The position numbers were made by a program, and so were the translations under genes. From a virus, in IMG/VR virus record IMGVR_UViG_3300045988_135886: a stretch of 64,000 nt of DNA; one strand, given 5' to 3'. The notes beneath the pieces were generated by a model. It was not told the DNA's origin and did no database searches. It saw only the letters and a list, made by a program, of their open reading frames with translations. Below, one piece after another: positions 46,231 to 55,956 of this stretch (the stretch's first letter is position 1; the number at the start of each line of letters is the position of its first letter).

Positions 46231-46419
46231 CTATGTAACTAACCCAAACTCTTTAATAAGTCTCTGCACAACCATCCGGTTACATTTCTTATAAGCAATA
46301 GACAATGTTTTCTTTACACCTTCTTTCTTATAAATTGAATGTCCACCAGTACAATGATCTAGTTCCCAGCCATTCTTTAGAATGATTCTCTCAACTTCTC
46401 TTCTGTTATAAGTTTTCAT
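46231..46419 (-). CDS. hicA: HicA-family toxin (mRNA interferase)
   Basis: 62 aa. ILKNGWELDHCTGGHSIYKK...LIKEFGL matches the HicA dsRBD-like pattern with the catalytic His. Confidence 0.65.
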   Translation of the reverse strand: MKTYNRREVERIILKNGWELDHCTGGHSIYKKEGVKKTLSIAYKKCNRMVVQRLIKEFGLVT

Positions 46420-46517
46420 ATTTCACCTTCTTTCATTTAAATATCCATTCAATAATAACTCTTGCTATAACTCCTATTAAAAAATACTGCAATTTTATCC
46501 CCTTATTTTTATTTGTA

Positions 46518-47327
46518 TTATAAGAAATATCCAACTGTTTTATCCTTTGGCTTTCCCCAAATAGATTCGTACAGATACTCTACCGTACTAGGTGCAATTC
46601 CATGATAGTTACACAATTCTTTAAATACTTCATATTTTGGTCTGGCATCAATATCTTCAATTACTTCTCCTAATGAAGTTTCGGCATAGTTGGTGGCGCA
46701 CCCATACATCGGAAGCGGCTCATATATGCTCTTCAATTCTTTATAGACTTCATCACTATATTTATGAATATCATCATTTAACCCAGCAGAATCTGATTTA
46801 TCAAGTTCCTTTTCTTTATCTCCTATAATTTCGCTTGCCTTGAACTGAATAACATTGCACATATGCCACTGATAATCATCGTCAACACACGAATCAAACG
46901 AATTAACTTCAAATACATCATCGTCAGTTATGTCAATATTAAAATCATTAGCCATTTTAGCTGCTGAATCTAACATATGATTTTTACATTCTTCCAAAGT
47001 GCCAATCTTCTCTACATAGAATCCAACACCTTCGTAAGCATGATGATAAATACAAAGATAATCTCCATCTTTTATTTCAATTTCATGAATAGTGTTAACA
47101 TAGAATTCTCCATCTCCGTATGAATAATCAATTCGCATGATCTGGTCGTCGGATCCGTCTACATTTTTATATTCAAGCTCACTTATTACTTCTTCTCGGC
47201 TTTCCTCTGTAATACTGACTAAGTTGTCTATAACCCATTTATGAGCCGCAAAAGCAGCTTCAAAAAAGTAAAAATATGGTTCTCTATAATGTTCACTATC
47301 CAATGTACATAGTAAATATATCTTCAT
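46518..47327 (-). CDS. Hypothetical acidic protein
   Basis: 269 aa. Confidence 0.5.
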   Translation of the reverse strand: MKIYLLCTLDSEHYREPYFYFFEAAFAAHKWVIDNLVSITEESREEVISELEYKNVDGSDDQIMRIDYSYGDGEFYVNTIHEIEIKDGDYLCIYHHAYEGVGFYVEKIGTLEECKNHMLDSAAKMANDFNIDITDDDVFEVNSFDSCVDDDYQWHMCNVIQFKASEIIGDKEKELDKSDSAGLNDDIHKYSDEVYKELKSIYEPLPMYGCATNYAETSLGEVIEDIDARPKYEVFKELCNYHGIAPSTVEYLYESIWGKPKDKTVGYFL

Positions 47328-47330
47328 TTT

Positions 47331-47915
47331 TCACCTCCACTGTTTCCTTCTTTTACTTTGCATCTTCCAACCAGACACTTTGGATTCTTTCTCATAATCC
47401 CATGGATTTATTTTTCTTTTTGGTTTTATAGGCTTGAGAGTAATACCATATTCATTTCTTATTTCTACAATCTCTTCTGGTGTAATACTTTTACGCTGAT
47501 CCGGCACTGTTGAAGCCCAATGAATATTCCATCCATGATGTTTATGATATGTACGATAGTATTTCTTTTTATATTTCTTAGTAAGCTGATGAAAGTCTCG
47601 TACATTACCATAATCATCCATGATCAAATATCTGTGATATTCGTGTGGGTAATACATAAAATCCCAATCGTTATCCGTTCTAACATATTCACTATCAAAA
47701 TAGTTGAATGAATGGTAAAAATTAATACTTCTTGTGCTGTATGGGAACTTCAACTTAAAGTATGTATACAGCTCTTTAGTCCCCTCTACATATCCTACAT
47801 ATTCCCATGGAAGCCATTTATATATGCTATAGTCGCAATGCCATTCTGTACGCTTTGTACGCTGCATATAAATATGGTATTCTCTCATAACTACCCTCCT
47901 ATCAGCCCCTCTCAA
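47331..47915 (-). CDS. Hypothetical basic Tyr/Trp/His-rich protein
   Basis: 194 aa. Confidence 0.5.
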   Translation of the reverse strand: MRGADRRVVMREYHIYMQRTKRTEWHCDYSIYKWLPWEYVGYVEGTKELYTYFKLKFPYSTRSINFYHSFNYFDSEYVRTDNDWDFMYYPHEYHRYLIMDDYGNVRDFHQLTKKYKKKYYRTYHKHHGWNIHWASTVPDQRKSITPEEIVEIRNEYGITLKPIKPKRKINPWDYEKESKVSGWKMQSKRRKQWR

Positions 47916-47933
47916 GAAGAGAGAGGCTATTTT

Positions 47934-48875
47934 TTATATGGCACAAAGAAATCTATGAGTATCTTTTTCATACTTATATATTTTCCTTGTGAGGAAATCT
48001 TCTTTAGGTGTCGCCTCTTCCAACGTATCCTGTAAGATTATTGATAAGTCTACCGCATCAACAGCATCTGCTTTATGTACCATTACCTCATGTACACTGG
48101 TAAACACTAAATACAAATCTGAATCCAGTACATCAGCAAAGCGTTCAGCCACACCGGGATAAAATATAGCTACCGCACCGTTTGTTTTCTTTGCTGTAGT
48201 TAGACAATTTCCAATAAGATCTTGGCTAATTGCTTCTTCTGTACCAGGACTCATAAACTCTTCTCCTTCATATTCCGGATTAAAGAGCATCTGATCCCAT
48301 CTGTAAATTCTCGGTGGATACATACGTTCTGTGTTTCTTAATGCTTCTTCCAGAATATTGTCTTCACTTAAGGTCAAACCATCTTCCTTCCATTTCTCTA
48401 CTACAGATTTAAAAATCTTAGTGCTCATAATGTTTCCATCACATTCAGACACCTTCATATATAATACCTGAGCAATATCACCTATTCTTTTATAAACAGC
48501 ATTACTCAATTCTTTAGAATTATCATCATAATTAAGCAGCCTTATAAAAAGAGAGCCTTTAACAGTTTCATAGTTCCAAATTTTCTTTGTTTTTTCATAA
48601 GAATTTTGTCCTTGTAACTGTCTAATGTCTCTTACAGTACTATCAAGAATAGTGTCAAATGATGCTCCATTTAAGAATTCTCTAAAAAGCTCTTTTGTAT
48701 GTATTCCACAGATCTCATAGGCATCATCATGCTCTGCAAACTTCACCAGCAGTCTGTCTCCTGTCGGAGAAAATCTATCTCCATCTTTTGAAAATTCTAT
48801 ATTCTCAATAGGAATATTGATAGCTGCACTTATTTTATTTTTAAGTTCTTCCACAAACATTTCATAGTTCATCAT
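47934..48875 (-). CDS. Hypothetical protein (possibly DUF5688-like)
   Basis: 313 aa. The N-terminal MNYEMFVEELKNKI pattern resembles proteins of Firmicutes mobile elements; this is a weak call. Confidence 0.4.
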   Translation of the reverse strand: MMNYEMFVEELKNKISAAINIPIENIEFSKDGDRFSPTGDRLLVKFAEHDDAYEICGIHTKELFREFLNGASFDTILDSTVRDIRQLQGQNSYEKTKKIWNYETVKGSLFIRLLNYDDNSKELSNAVYKRIGDIAQVLYMKVSECDGNIMSTKIFKSVVEKWKEDGLTLSEDNILEEALRNTERMYPPRIYRWDQMLFNPEYEGEEFMSPGTEEAISQDLIGNCLTTAKKTNGAVAIFYPGVAERFADVLDSDLYLVFTSVHEVMVHKADAVDAVDLSIILQDTLEEATPKEDFLTRKIYKYEKDTHRFLCAI

Positions 48876-48893
48876 AACTAATCCCTCTCTTTC

Positions 48894-49652
48894 TTAACCC
48901 ATATGGTTACATGAATATTCCGACATTTCGCTTAACTTTTTAACTATAAAATCTGGTATATAGCCACATTCTGAACAAATACAAATCTTTCCTAAGATAT
49001 ACAAACATGCTTGATCTCTTGGAATTTCTTTTCCCATAAACTGTTGTTTAGTTTCTTGGCATTCCTCTTTATAACAGTATTCATTATCTGGACAGCTATC
49101 GCAGTCATACTTTATATTTTCAATCCAGGGGAAATACCAATCTAATATATCTGACTCAATTCCGTTGCCATTGTCTCCTGAGCATTCTATCATTTGTGTG
49201 CTGAAATCAAGAGGAACATACGGATCATTGCAGGAAAAGTCTCTTATATAAAAAGGTGCATGAACTCCAATTTCCATTCTAGGAATCCAAAAATTGACAT
49301 AGTCTTTGTATGTTTCACAGTTGATCCAATCAATTACTCCCGGTAATTCTTCATAATGGTCAAGGCCAAACATCAATCTCAACTGAGTGTCAGCAATTTT
49401 TGTACAGTCCCACGATTTCTTTGAGTGTAAATATTTACCTCTTTTTTCAGTAATAACTTCAAACACATCAGGATAATATTCTTCTACATAGCTATACATT
49501 TCAGAGCAAGATTTATAATATTGTTTATAAAATTCTTTTATTTCTTGATATACCGAATCAATAGTTACTGTGTTGTCGTTTGCTTTACCAATAATAAAAC
49601 TTGAAGAACTACTATTGGTTACAAACCCGTTACGAATCTTCAATGGTATCAC
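48894..49652 (-). CDS. NSSSSS-family protein, paralog 3, with a Cys-rich C-terminal extension
   Basis: IRNGFVTNSSSSSFII N-terminus. 252 aa. C-terminal CDSCPDNEYC...CICSECG. Confidence 0.6.
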   Translation of the reverse strand: MIPLKIRNGFVTNSSSSSFIIGKANDNTVTIDSVYQEIKEFYKQYYKSCSEMYSYVEEYYPDVFEVITEKRGKYLHSKKSWDCTKIADTQLRLMFGLDHYEELPGVIDWINCETYKDYVNFWIPRMEIGVHAPFYIRDFSCNDPYVPLDFSTQMIECSGDNGNGIESDILDWYFPWIENIKYDCDSCPDNEYCYKEECQETKQQFMGKEIPRDQACLYILGKICICSECGYIPDFIVKKLSEMSEYSCNHMG

Positions 49653-50196
49653 CTCTTCCTATATCATATGCTCTTTTACAGTACTTCCAATCATTACATA
49701 ATGATCCATCCATTTTCTTATAGCAACCTTTACACAGGTATTCTCTATTTTCTATGATTTTATTGAATCGCTCATAGTTTGCATAGAATTCTTTCCGGTA
49801 GGTTCCATCTTCATCTTCAATAGTGCCTATATAGCCACCATCTGCTTCATCAAGAATGTCTGAATTAAAATATGGATACAGAAAGTCATAAATATCTTGC
49901 CCTAAGTCATCACCTAGGTACATGTATCCTTTCATACAGAAGCTGGCAGTCAAGAACCACACTCCCTCTGAAAATTCTAATGTGTAAGTCGGATATAAAG
50001 CTCTATAATGATTCATCCATTTAGACTCTTTTAATTCTCTATGCTGTAACAGTGGTTTTATATCTCTATCACAGCTCCGCTCGCTTGCAAGTACAGATAA
50101 ATCATGTAACAGTTCATCTGGAAGATTCCTCTTTAATGCAAAAATCAGCCTTCCCTCATAATAATTCCCCATTTTTCCACATCCTTTCGAACACAT
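49630..50196 (-). CDS. Hypothetical protein
   Basis: 188 aa. The start is possibly the ATG at 50172. Confidence 0.5.
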   Translation of the reverse strand: MCSKGCGKMGNYYEGRLIFALKRNLPDELLHDLSVLASERSCDRDIKPLLQHRELKESKWMNHYRALYPTYTLEFSEGVWFLTASFCMKGYMYLGDDLGQDIYDFLYPYFNSDILDEADGGYIGTIEDEDGTYRKEFYANYERFNKIIENREYLCKGCYKKMDGSLCNDWKYCKRAYDIGRGDTIEDS

Positions 50197-50485
50197 AAAT
50201 AGAATTCTCTGTTTCTACTGTTACCTCAGTTACTTTTACTGTAATATGTATCACATGGCTTGTATATAACACCATTCCTTTAAGAGAGGTTCCGTCAGTG
50301 TCGCATACGTAGTTAATAATCATAGGAGCATCTCCAATAATTTTAGTTACATCAAGATCTACAATTCGTCCAATTCTCAAAGGATACCTCCCATCAGTTC
50401 TTTTGGTTCCTCTTACGCCGCAACTACCAGAATGTAGTATTTCTTTTATTTTATATTGTGTGTCCTTTTTGCGTAGTGTTTTCAT
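50156..50485 (-). CDS. Hypothetical protein
   Basis: 109 aa. Confidence 0.5.
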   Translation of the reverse strand: MKTLRKKDTQYKIKEILHSGSCGVRGTKRTDGRYPLRIGRIVDLDVTKIIGDAPMIINYVCDTDGTSLKGMVLYTSHVIHITVKVTEVTVETENSIYVFERMWKNGELL

Positions 50486-50494
50486 ATAGTCTCC

Positions 50495-50953
50495 TTAATG
50501 ATGACTAATAGCAGCAAGACAACAATTCATATTCGGTGCAACATGATGTTCAAGGGTTGAATACCTAAGACCATCCTCGTCTGAATAATTAATCTCTACA
50601 AATACAGAGTACCCTTGCATATCTTCCTCTAACTCAGACACCCTATCTGTTATTGCTTTATTGAGCTTATTCTGAAACTCTTTCGTTTCTCGTATTTCGA
50701 ACTTCTTATCATAAGGTACATCAAGTCTATACTCTAAATCCCAGAGAGTATCATAATAAATTTCTTTTGAATACCCTTCCAAAGCTTCATCTTTAGTCAA
50801 TTTTGTAGCTCTCATTACATCTTCCAGGACCTCATCAAAATATTCTTTGAGATCCTCTGCTTCCAATTCTTTTTTGATATTTTCTTCACTTGTAAAACCA
50901 AGAATGAAACTACTGCTGCTGCTATTAGTTACGAATCCTTTTCTAATTTTCAT
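50495..50953 (-). CDS. NSSSSS-family acidic protein, paralog 4
   Basis: MKIRKGFVTNSSSSSFIL. ATGA overlap with paralog 5. Confidence 0.6.
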   Translation of the reverse strand: MKIRKGFVTNSSSSSFILGFTSEENIKKELEAEDLKEYFDEVLEDVMRATKLTKDEALEGYSKEIYYDTLWDLEYRLDVPYDKKFEIRETKEFQNKLNKAITDRVSELEEDMQGYSVFVEINYSDEDGLRYSTLEHHVAPNMNCCLAAISHH

Positions 50954-51222
50954 GACCAATCCTCCCATTCAACAATATCTCTGTTAATACCAATTAGCCT
51001 TAGAAACTTGTTCATATCTCCATTGTCCATACATGTGAAGCCTCTAATTCCAAAATTTGTTTCATCAATATCCCACAAATCGTCGAAATCATTCATTCCA
51101 ACTTCTTTTGCAGCCTCAAAATAATTTTTAATCTTCTCAATCTGTTCATCTGTTAAATCACTTCTAGCAATAGCAAAACTGGATGAGGAACTATTGGTTA
51201 CAAAGCCTATTCTTAATTTCAT
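50950..51222 (-). CDS. NSSSSS-family acidic protein, paralog 5
   Basis: MKLRIGFVTNSSSSSFAI. 90 aa. Confidence 0.6.
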   Translation of the reverse strand: MKLRIGFVTNSSSSSFAIARSDLTDEQIEKIKNYFEAAKEVGMNDFDDLWDIDETNFGIRGFTCMDNGDMNKFLRLIGINRDIVEWEDWS

Positions 51223-51638
51223 ACGTCCTCCTCTATAATTCTGTAATTGCGTTCTTGTGCATAAGTTTTTGTATGAGCATTACATGTAGCACAAACATAG
51301 ACTTCTTTATTCATTCCATTAAAATTTATCTGGCTAAAACCTCTCGCTTTCGCTTCGGCTTCAAAATTATTCTGTGCTTTTATGGCTACATATTCTTTGA
51401 TATAAGTATCTATACACACCAGATAATACTCTTTAGGCTCTTCTGAAACTTCTTCATACATGGCACTAAGTTCATCAGTATCAAAATCTATTGTTCTACT
51501 CTCTGGATCACAATGGATGTAACCTTTCTTTTTTCCTTCAAAATGAACAATGCCATCCTGAGGCAACCGCTGCAGAGCTTCAATCATCTCTGCAACAGTT
51601 GTTCCTTCACACCTCACTCTCTTGTTAATGTCTAACAT
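51219..51638 (-). CDS. Hypothetical protein
   Basis: 139 aa. Confidence 0.5.
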   Translation of the reverse strand: MLDINKRVRCEGTTVAEMIEALQRLPQDGIVHFEGKKKGYIHCDPESRTIDFDTDELSAMYEEVSEEPKEYYLVCIDTYIKEYVAIKAQNNFEAEAKARGFSQINFNGMNKEVYVCATCNAHTKTYAQERNYRIIEEDV

Positions 51639-51649
51639 AAGACTCCTCC

Positions 51650-51916
51650 TTACTCCGTCACTTTAATGACGTAGATTTTATTTCCGCGTTTAGCATATTT
51701 GATAACTTCTTTTTCACCTTCTTCATTGAGTCTCTTGCAGCAATTCATTACTGCAGAAGCTCTTCTTTTAGCTTCAGCCTCATCATCGTACTCAAAGCAC
51801 ATGTTGGCTCTACTTGTTTTCATAAACTCAACAATAGCTCTTCCCTCTTCTGAAGTAACAAGACCTCTTCTGTTTGCTCCTAACTCCTCAACCTGTACAT
51901 CATAGCTCATTTTCAT
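51650..51916 (-). CDS. Hypothetical protein
   Basis: 88 aa. Confidence 0.5.
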   Translation of the reverse strand: MKMSYDVQVEELGANRRGLVTSEEGRAIVEFMKTSRANMCFEYDDEAEAKRRASAVMNCCKRLNEEGEKEVIKYAKRGNKIYVIKVTE

Positions 51917-51920
51917 AATT

Positions 51921-52142
51921 TTAGTTCTCCTTTTCTTGTTTATTTAAAATTAATAATTTTAACGAATTCAGCGGCACCATAAAACATCTATTGACAGGAT
52001 TAACATTCTCCATTACTGGATAGTAGACATGCACCCAATCATTTATTTGTTTTTCTCCAGTTAATGTAAAAATTCTATTTTCCCATCCTGGAGTAAAAGT
52101 GTTTTTCATAATAACTTGCAAACCTTTTTTATTCGGAATCAT
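51921..52142 (-). CDS. Hypothetical protein
   Basis: 73 aa from the ATG at 52142 (TAAtATG junction with the upstream gene). The track start at 52205 overlaps the upstream ORF. Confidence 0.45.
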   Translation of the reverse strand: MIPNKKGLQVIMKNTFTPGWENRIFTLTGEKQINDWVHVYYPVMENVNPVNRCFMVPLNSLKLLILNKQEKEN

Positions 52143-52143
52143 A

Positions 52144-52953
52144 TTATAAACCCGTTTGCTTTCCAACAAAGTTAATTGGTTTACCAGTAACTTTGTTAAT
52201 GCCATGTCCTACTACTTCTAAAACATAATCTTCCCAGTAGTCACCTTTTTTCCAGTAGTCGGTATCTTCTTCATAGTAGCCCTCAATGTGCTTAACGACA
52301 AATTCTACAGTTCCTTTGAAATCTTTAATCCAAGTAACCGTCCATTTATTTTTTAAATGATCTTTATAATATGGATTATATTTCAGGACTTCATCTAATA
52401 AAAATACTGACACTAAACCAGCATCTGCACAAAACTCACCAATAGCTTCTTTTGTATCACTGTCAAAAGTAGTACAACTCCAATCTCCATAGAGAGTATC
52501 TCTTGTCATATAGTGAGTTATTCCAAGTGCTTCCATATTCTCTCCGTAGGCACATGTTGCCCAATCATCATCTTCTTTCATGATATAACAAGGATCTGTG
52601 ATAATAATATCTCCATCAAATTCCATTGGCTCTCCATCTAAATATGCATCAATCCAATTTTTCTTGGTGTATTTATAAAACAACTCTTCAATTCCTGTAA
52701 GTTCTGATAATTCTTTATATTCTTCATAAGTTTTTGTAGAATCATCCACATATTTCATAATAAGTACCATGTTTAATTCTTGTATTGCAGTAGTATAACA
52801 AGGAGATTCGAGACAATCCATGATTTTCTCAAATTCCTTATCATCTAAATGCAGCTTGTTCCTAAGTATTTTTTCAATCTCAGGCCGGACACTTTCACAT
52901 TCTTTTGTTTTCTGTTCTAACCAAGCTTTATCCATTCTTCTTTCCTCCTTCAA
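52144..52953 (-). CDS. Hypothetical protein
   Basis: 269 aa. Confidence 0.5.
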   Translation of the reverse strand: MKEERRMDKAWLEQKTKECESVRPEIEKILRNKLHLDDKEFEKIMDCLESPCYTTAIQELNMVLIMKYVDDSTKTYEEYKELSELTGIEELFYKYTKKNWIDAYLDGEPMEFDGDIIITDPCYIMKEDDDWATCAYGENMEALGITHYMTRDTLYGDWSCTTFDSDTKEAIGEFCADAGLVSVFLLDEVLKYNPYYKDHLKNKWTVTWIKDFKGTVEFVVKHIEGYYEEDTDYWKKGDYWEDYVLEVVGHGINKVTGKPINFVGKQTGL

Positions 52954-53369
52954 TTTGGTTCATCATAGCTGAGTCCTGCACTTTCCACATATTCATTTAA
53001 TGCTAAAAACATATCTTCTTCCAACTCTTCTTTCCATCTGTTACTCCACCAATCCACATCTGCTCCAGTCCCAATATATTCAATAGGCTCCCAATCATTC
53101 TCCGTTTTTAAACAAGTAAAATATTCAATAGTCGGTTTATATGTTGGTATTTCGTTAAACATTCCGAGAACAGAAATGTTTACTTCAATATCAACATACC
53201 CTATCTCTAACACAGCTTCACCTATGAGAGGACCATTATCGAGATCAATTTCTAAATGCTCTTCTCTTATATTCCTTATTAGAAATTGGATTCCGTTGAG
53301 TCTAAAACAGTAATCTGAACGCTGTTTAGCTTCTTCAAATGTCATATCAACACCTCGAATATAGTTCAA
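52950..53369 (-). CDS. Hypothetical protein
   Basis: 139 aa. Confidence 0.5.
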   Translation of the reverse strand: MNYIRGVDMTFEEAKQRSDYCFRLNGIQFLIRNIREEHLEIDLDNGPLIGEAVLEIGYVDIEVNISVLGMFNEIPTYKPTIEYFTCLKTENDWEPIEYIGTGADVDWWSNRWKEELEEDMFLALNEYVESAGLSYDEPN

Positions 53370-53793
53370 TTTCTATATGAATATACTTACCCATGTTTCC
53401 TTCTAAGATTTTTAACAGATCATGACCACCACATTTGAATTCTTCTTCAGTCCAAAGATATCCAGTATAATCACTATACCTATGATAATATTCAGACTCA
53501 GTGATTCCTTCCATTGATACAATCTTTGTCTCATCAATGTGATCCATATCAATAGGTGTATCTCCTGTAAGCATTTGAATACTTGCATATCTGTCAAGCC
53601 ACCCGCATCGACTTTCCATTTCTTTTGAAAAAGCAAATCCATTATTAGATACAACAATTTCTTCACCAGAAAATCTTTTTACTTTCTGAATATTTTGTAT
53701 TCCAATAATGCTATCAGCAACATCTCCTGTGTTTACCCACCCTACTTTTCCATTGAGAATGATAGTATCCTCTAATTTATACCCTTCTTTCAT
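53347..53793 (-). CDS. Hypothetical protein
   Basis: 148 aa. Confidence 0.5.
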   Translation of the reverse strand: MKEGYKLEDTIILNGKVGWVNTGDVADSIIGIQNIQKVKRFSGEEIVVSNNGFAFSKEMESRCGWLDRYASIQMLTGDTPIDMDHIDETKIVSMEGITESEYYHRYSDYTGYLWTEEEFKCGGHDLLKILEGNMGKYIHIEIELYSRC

Positions 53794-54025
53794 GTCTATA
53801 ATTCTCCTTTCTTTTCTCTATAGTATTCCTCAAATTGTGTTCTCCATATATAATAGAGTAATACTTCAAAGCTTCTAATAATGGAACCGGATTTCCATCT
53901 AAGAAATATCCATAACCATTACCGCATTTGTGTTGAGGATTTATAAAACTTATTTGACAGATACTGCAGTACGGAGACTTACAACAGAATTCTCTTAACT
54001 TGAAATATATTTCATATCTATCCAT
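53777..54025 (-). CDS. Small Cys-rich protein with an LRNTIEKRKE-type tail
   Basis: 82 aa. CCKSPYCSIC...HKC. Confidence 0.45.
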   Translation of the reverse strand: MDRYEIYFKLREFCCKSPYCSICQISFINPQHKCGNGYGYFLDGNPVPLLEALKYYSIIYGEHNLRNTIEKRKENYRHERRV

Positions 54026-54308
54026 GTCTTCTCCTATAAATTAATGTGCTTAAAGGAAGTTCTAACATCTGGCTATTCCAACAATATCTTGCTTCTTTTA
54101 TATGATAAAGCTTATCTTCATGCCTATAGAATGTATCATGTATCGTAATTTTTTGATCACACAATTTTTTCATTTGCTTATTAAAACCGCAGATGACATT
54201 CGGCATTCCACTAGAGTTATTAGAACCATATTCTTCCATTAAACGAGCAAACGATTTTACTTTATATTGCCCGCCAAGTTTAAGAAATTTAAGTTTATCT
54301 GTATTCAT
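54018..54308 (-). CDS. KVGD-type mini-protein, family A paralog 5
   Basis: GGQYKVKSFARLMEEYG...MKKLCDQKITI...CWNSQML...LSTLIYRRRHG. Confidence 0.55.
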   Translation of the reverse strand: MNTDKLKFLKLGGQYKVKSFARLMEEYGSNNSSGMPNVICGFNKQMKKLCDQKITIHDTFYRHEDKLYHIKEARYCWNSQMLELPLSTLIYRRRHG

Positions 54309-54603
54309 TGTTCATCCTCTCATATAGTTTTCTAAACTTTACAAAATCTTCTTGTTTACCTCCATTGTCAGGATGAGCTTTAATCATTGCATAGTGAATA
54401 GCTTCTTTTATGTCTGGTGTAGTGGGCTTTGGTGTATCAGATTTCATTAATAGCTTTGTATAATCTTGACATATGCTGGAATAACTTAAACGTTGGATCT
54501 TGTACTTTATTTTTAGTTCTTCCACTTCCATTTTCAACTTTATAATTTTGCTTATACAACAAAACAAAACTATTAATATTATTATAAACGCTGGTGTTAG
54601 CAT
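54295..54603 (-). CDS. Membrane-anchored J-domain-like protein
   Basis: MLTPAFIIILIVLFCCI TM helix; C-terminal IKAHPDNGGKQEDFVKFRKLYERM with the HPD tripeptide. The ATG at 54603 has a GGAGAAAG SD. The track start at 54666 overlaps the upstream gene. Confidence 0.55.
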   Translation of the reverse strand: MLTPAFIIILIVLFCCISKIIKLKMEVEELKIKYKIQRLSYSSICQDYTKLLMKSDTPKPTTPDIKEAIHYAMIKAHPDNGGKQEDFVKFRKLYERMNNEYR

Positions 54604-55661
54604 AAATCTTTCTCCTCTTTTGTGCACAAGACAATTTCTCTTGTGATCGGACATCCACCTAGACAATCACACTGACGGCTACAATCTCTACAAGAATTCC
54701 TGAAATGGCTTCTGAAATCATCGAACACATCTGAATCCCATGCTTCCTGAATAGTGTGTTCATTAAGATCAACTGCCCACTTAAGTTCCTGATTGTCAAA
54801 GCTACATGGCAGCATTTTCATATCTGACGTAATGTAACCAGAAAATCTTGCTCCTTCACACGGTTCCAGAGTAGAATTTAAAATCTCTTCTGTAAAATTC
54901 AACAGTCCAGGCACAGAACATGAATCAAATCCAATCTGAAATTTATAATCATGTTTATCAATCAAAGAGAAAAATTCTTTGACTCTTTCATCATCAGGAG
55001 ACAATACATTTGCCTGAGTTCCTAAACCTACTGGCTTATGCAACAAGAAAATTACTGCATTGATACCATCAGGAAAATCTTCCTGCTGCAAATGTTCAAT
55101 AGCTTCATCAATAGAATTCCGTCCAAGGACATAATGAATATTGGTAGTAACTCCTGCAGATACTAACATATCAATCGCTTTCTGTGTATATTCACTTCTA
55201 TACCAAGAAATAGCTACGGCTCCGCAATATTCTTTACATAAGGAAACAATTTTTTCATTGAATCCTAAACCGGAACTTGTAAAGTTTGGCACAATCCCTT
55301 GTGAACAACAATACTTAAGGATTTCTTCAAAATCTTCATGCTGGTCTACATCTCCTCTGCCGCCAAGAGCAAACTGAAATGTTTTCCCTTTACATTCATC
55401 TACTATTCTCTTGAAATTTTCAAGGGACATATTAGGCTCCTGTGTGTGTAATCCATTCTGATAACACTGAACTCCTGACTGAATACACAAACCAGATGCC
55501 CCATGAACACAATGTCCCATAACACCAATATCTAACAAAGCAGGAAAATTTCTCATAAATGGTTCCTTTCCTGTTGTCAAATCATCAGACCGGATATAGA
55601 ATCCTGTCTCCGGATTAAATGTTTCTACAAAATTGTTTTTCTTGTCGTAATATTTATACAT
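54597..55661 (-). CDS. Radical-SAM-like enzyme with a C-terminal SPASM motif and an atypical N-terminal Cys triad
   Basis: 354 aa. C-terminal C-RD-C-SRQCD-C-LGG-C matches CX2CX5CX3C. GGRGDV resembles the GGEP SAM-binding motif. The N-terminal cysteines are spaced C-x7-C-x6-C (GHCVHGASGLCIQSGVQCY), not CxxxCxxC. Confidence 0.6.
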   Translation of the reverse strand: MYKYYDKKNNFVETFNPETGFYIRSDDLTTGKEPFMRNFPALLDIGVMGHCVHGASGLCIQSGVQCYQNGLHTQEPNMSLENFKRIVDECKGKTFQFALGGRGDVDQHEDFEEILKYCCSQGIVPNFTSSGLGFNEKIVSLCKEYCGAVAISWYRSEYTQKAIDMLVSAGVTTNIHYVLGRNSIDEAIEHLQQEDFPDGINAVIFLLHKPVGLGTQANVLSPDDERVKEFFSLIDKHDYKFQIGFDSCSVPGLLNFTEEILNSTLEPCEGARFSGYITSDMKMLPCSFDNQELKWAVDLNEHTIQEAWDSDVFDDFRSHFRNSCRDCSRQCDCLGGCPITREIVLCTKEEKDLC

Positions 55662-55956
55662 GAGTTTTTCTCCTTTGAATTATTTGTGCCAATAAACCGG
55701 CAGATGTAAGCATTTCTTCATCCCAGTAATAATGTTTTATTTCATCATTTAATTCCTTATTATTAGTTTCTAAATCGTAAGTAACACGAAAAATACCAGA
55801 TCTTACATTCTTAATTGTAAAAATCATCCCACAAAACCAATTCATTTCTCTAGTAAATGATGATGGTGTCTTTATGCTACCGCAAGAATTAAGTCCATAT
55901 TCTTTTTCCATTTGTTCCCAAGATTTAACTCTTACTTTCTGTCCTACTTTATACAT
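55654..55956 (-). CDS. KVGD-type mini-protein, family A paralog 4
   Basis: MYKVGQKVRVKSWEQMEKEYG...MNWFCGMIFTI...YWDEEML...LLAQIIQRRK. Confidence 0.55.
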   Translation of the reverse strand: MYKVGQKVRVKSWEQMEKEYGLNSCGSIKTPSSFTREMNWFCGMIFTIKNVRSGIFRVTYDLETNNKELNDEIKHYYWDEEMLTSAGLLAQIIQRRKTHV

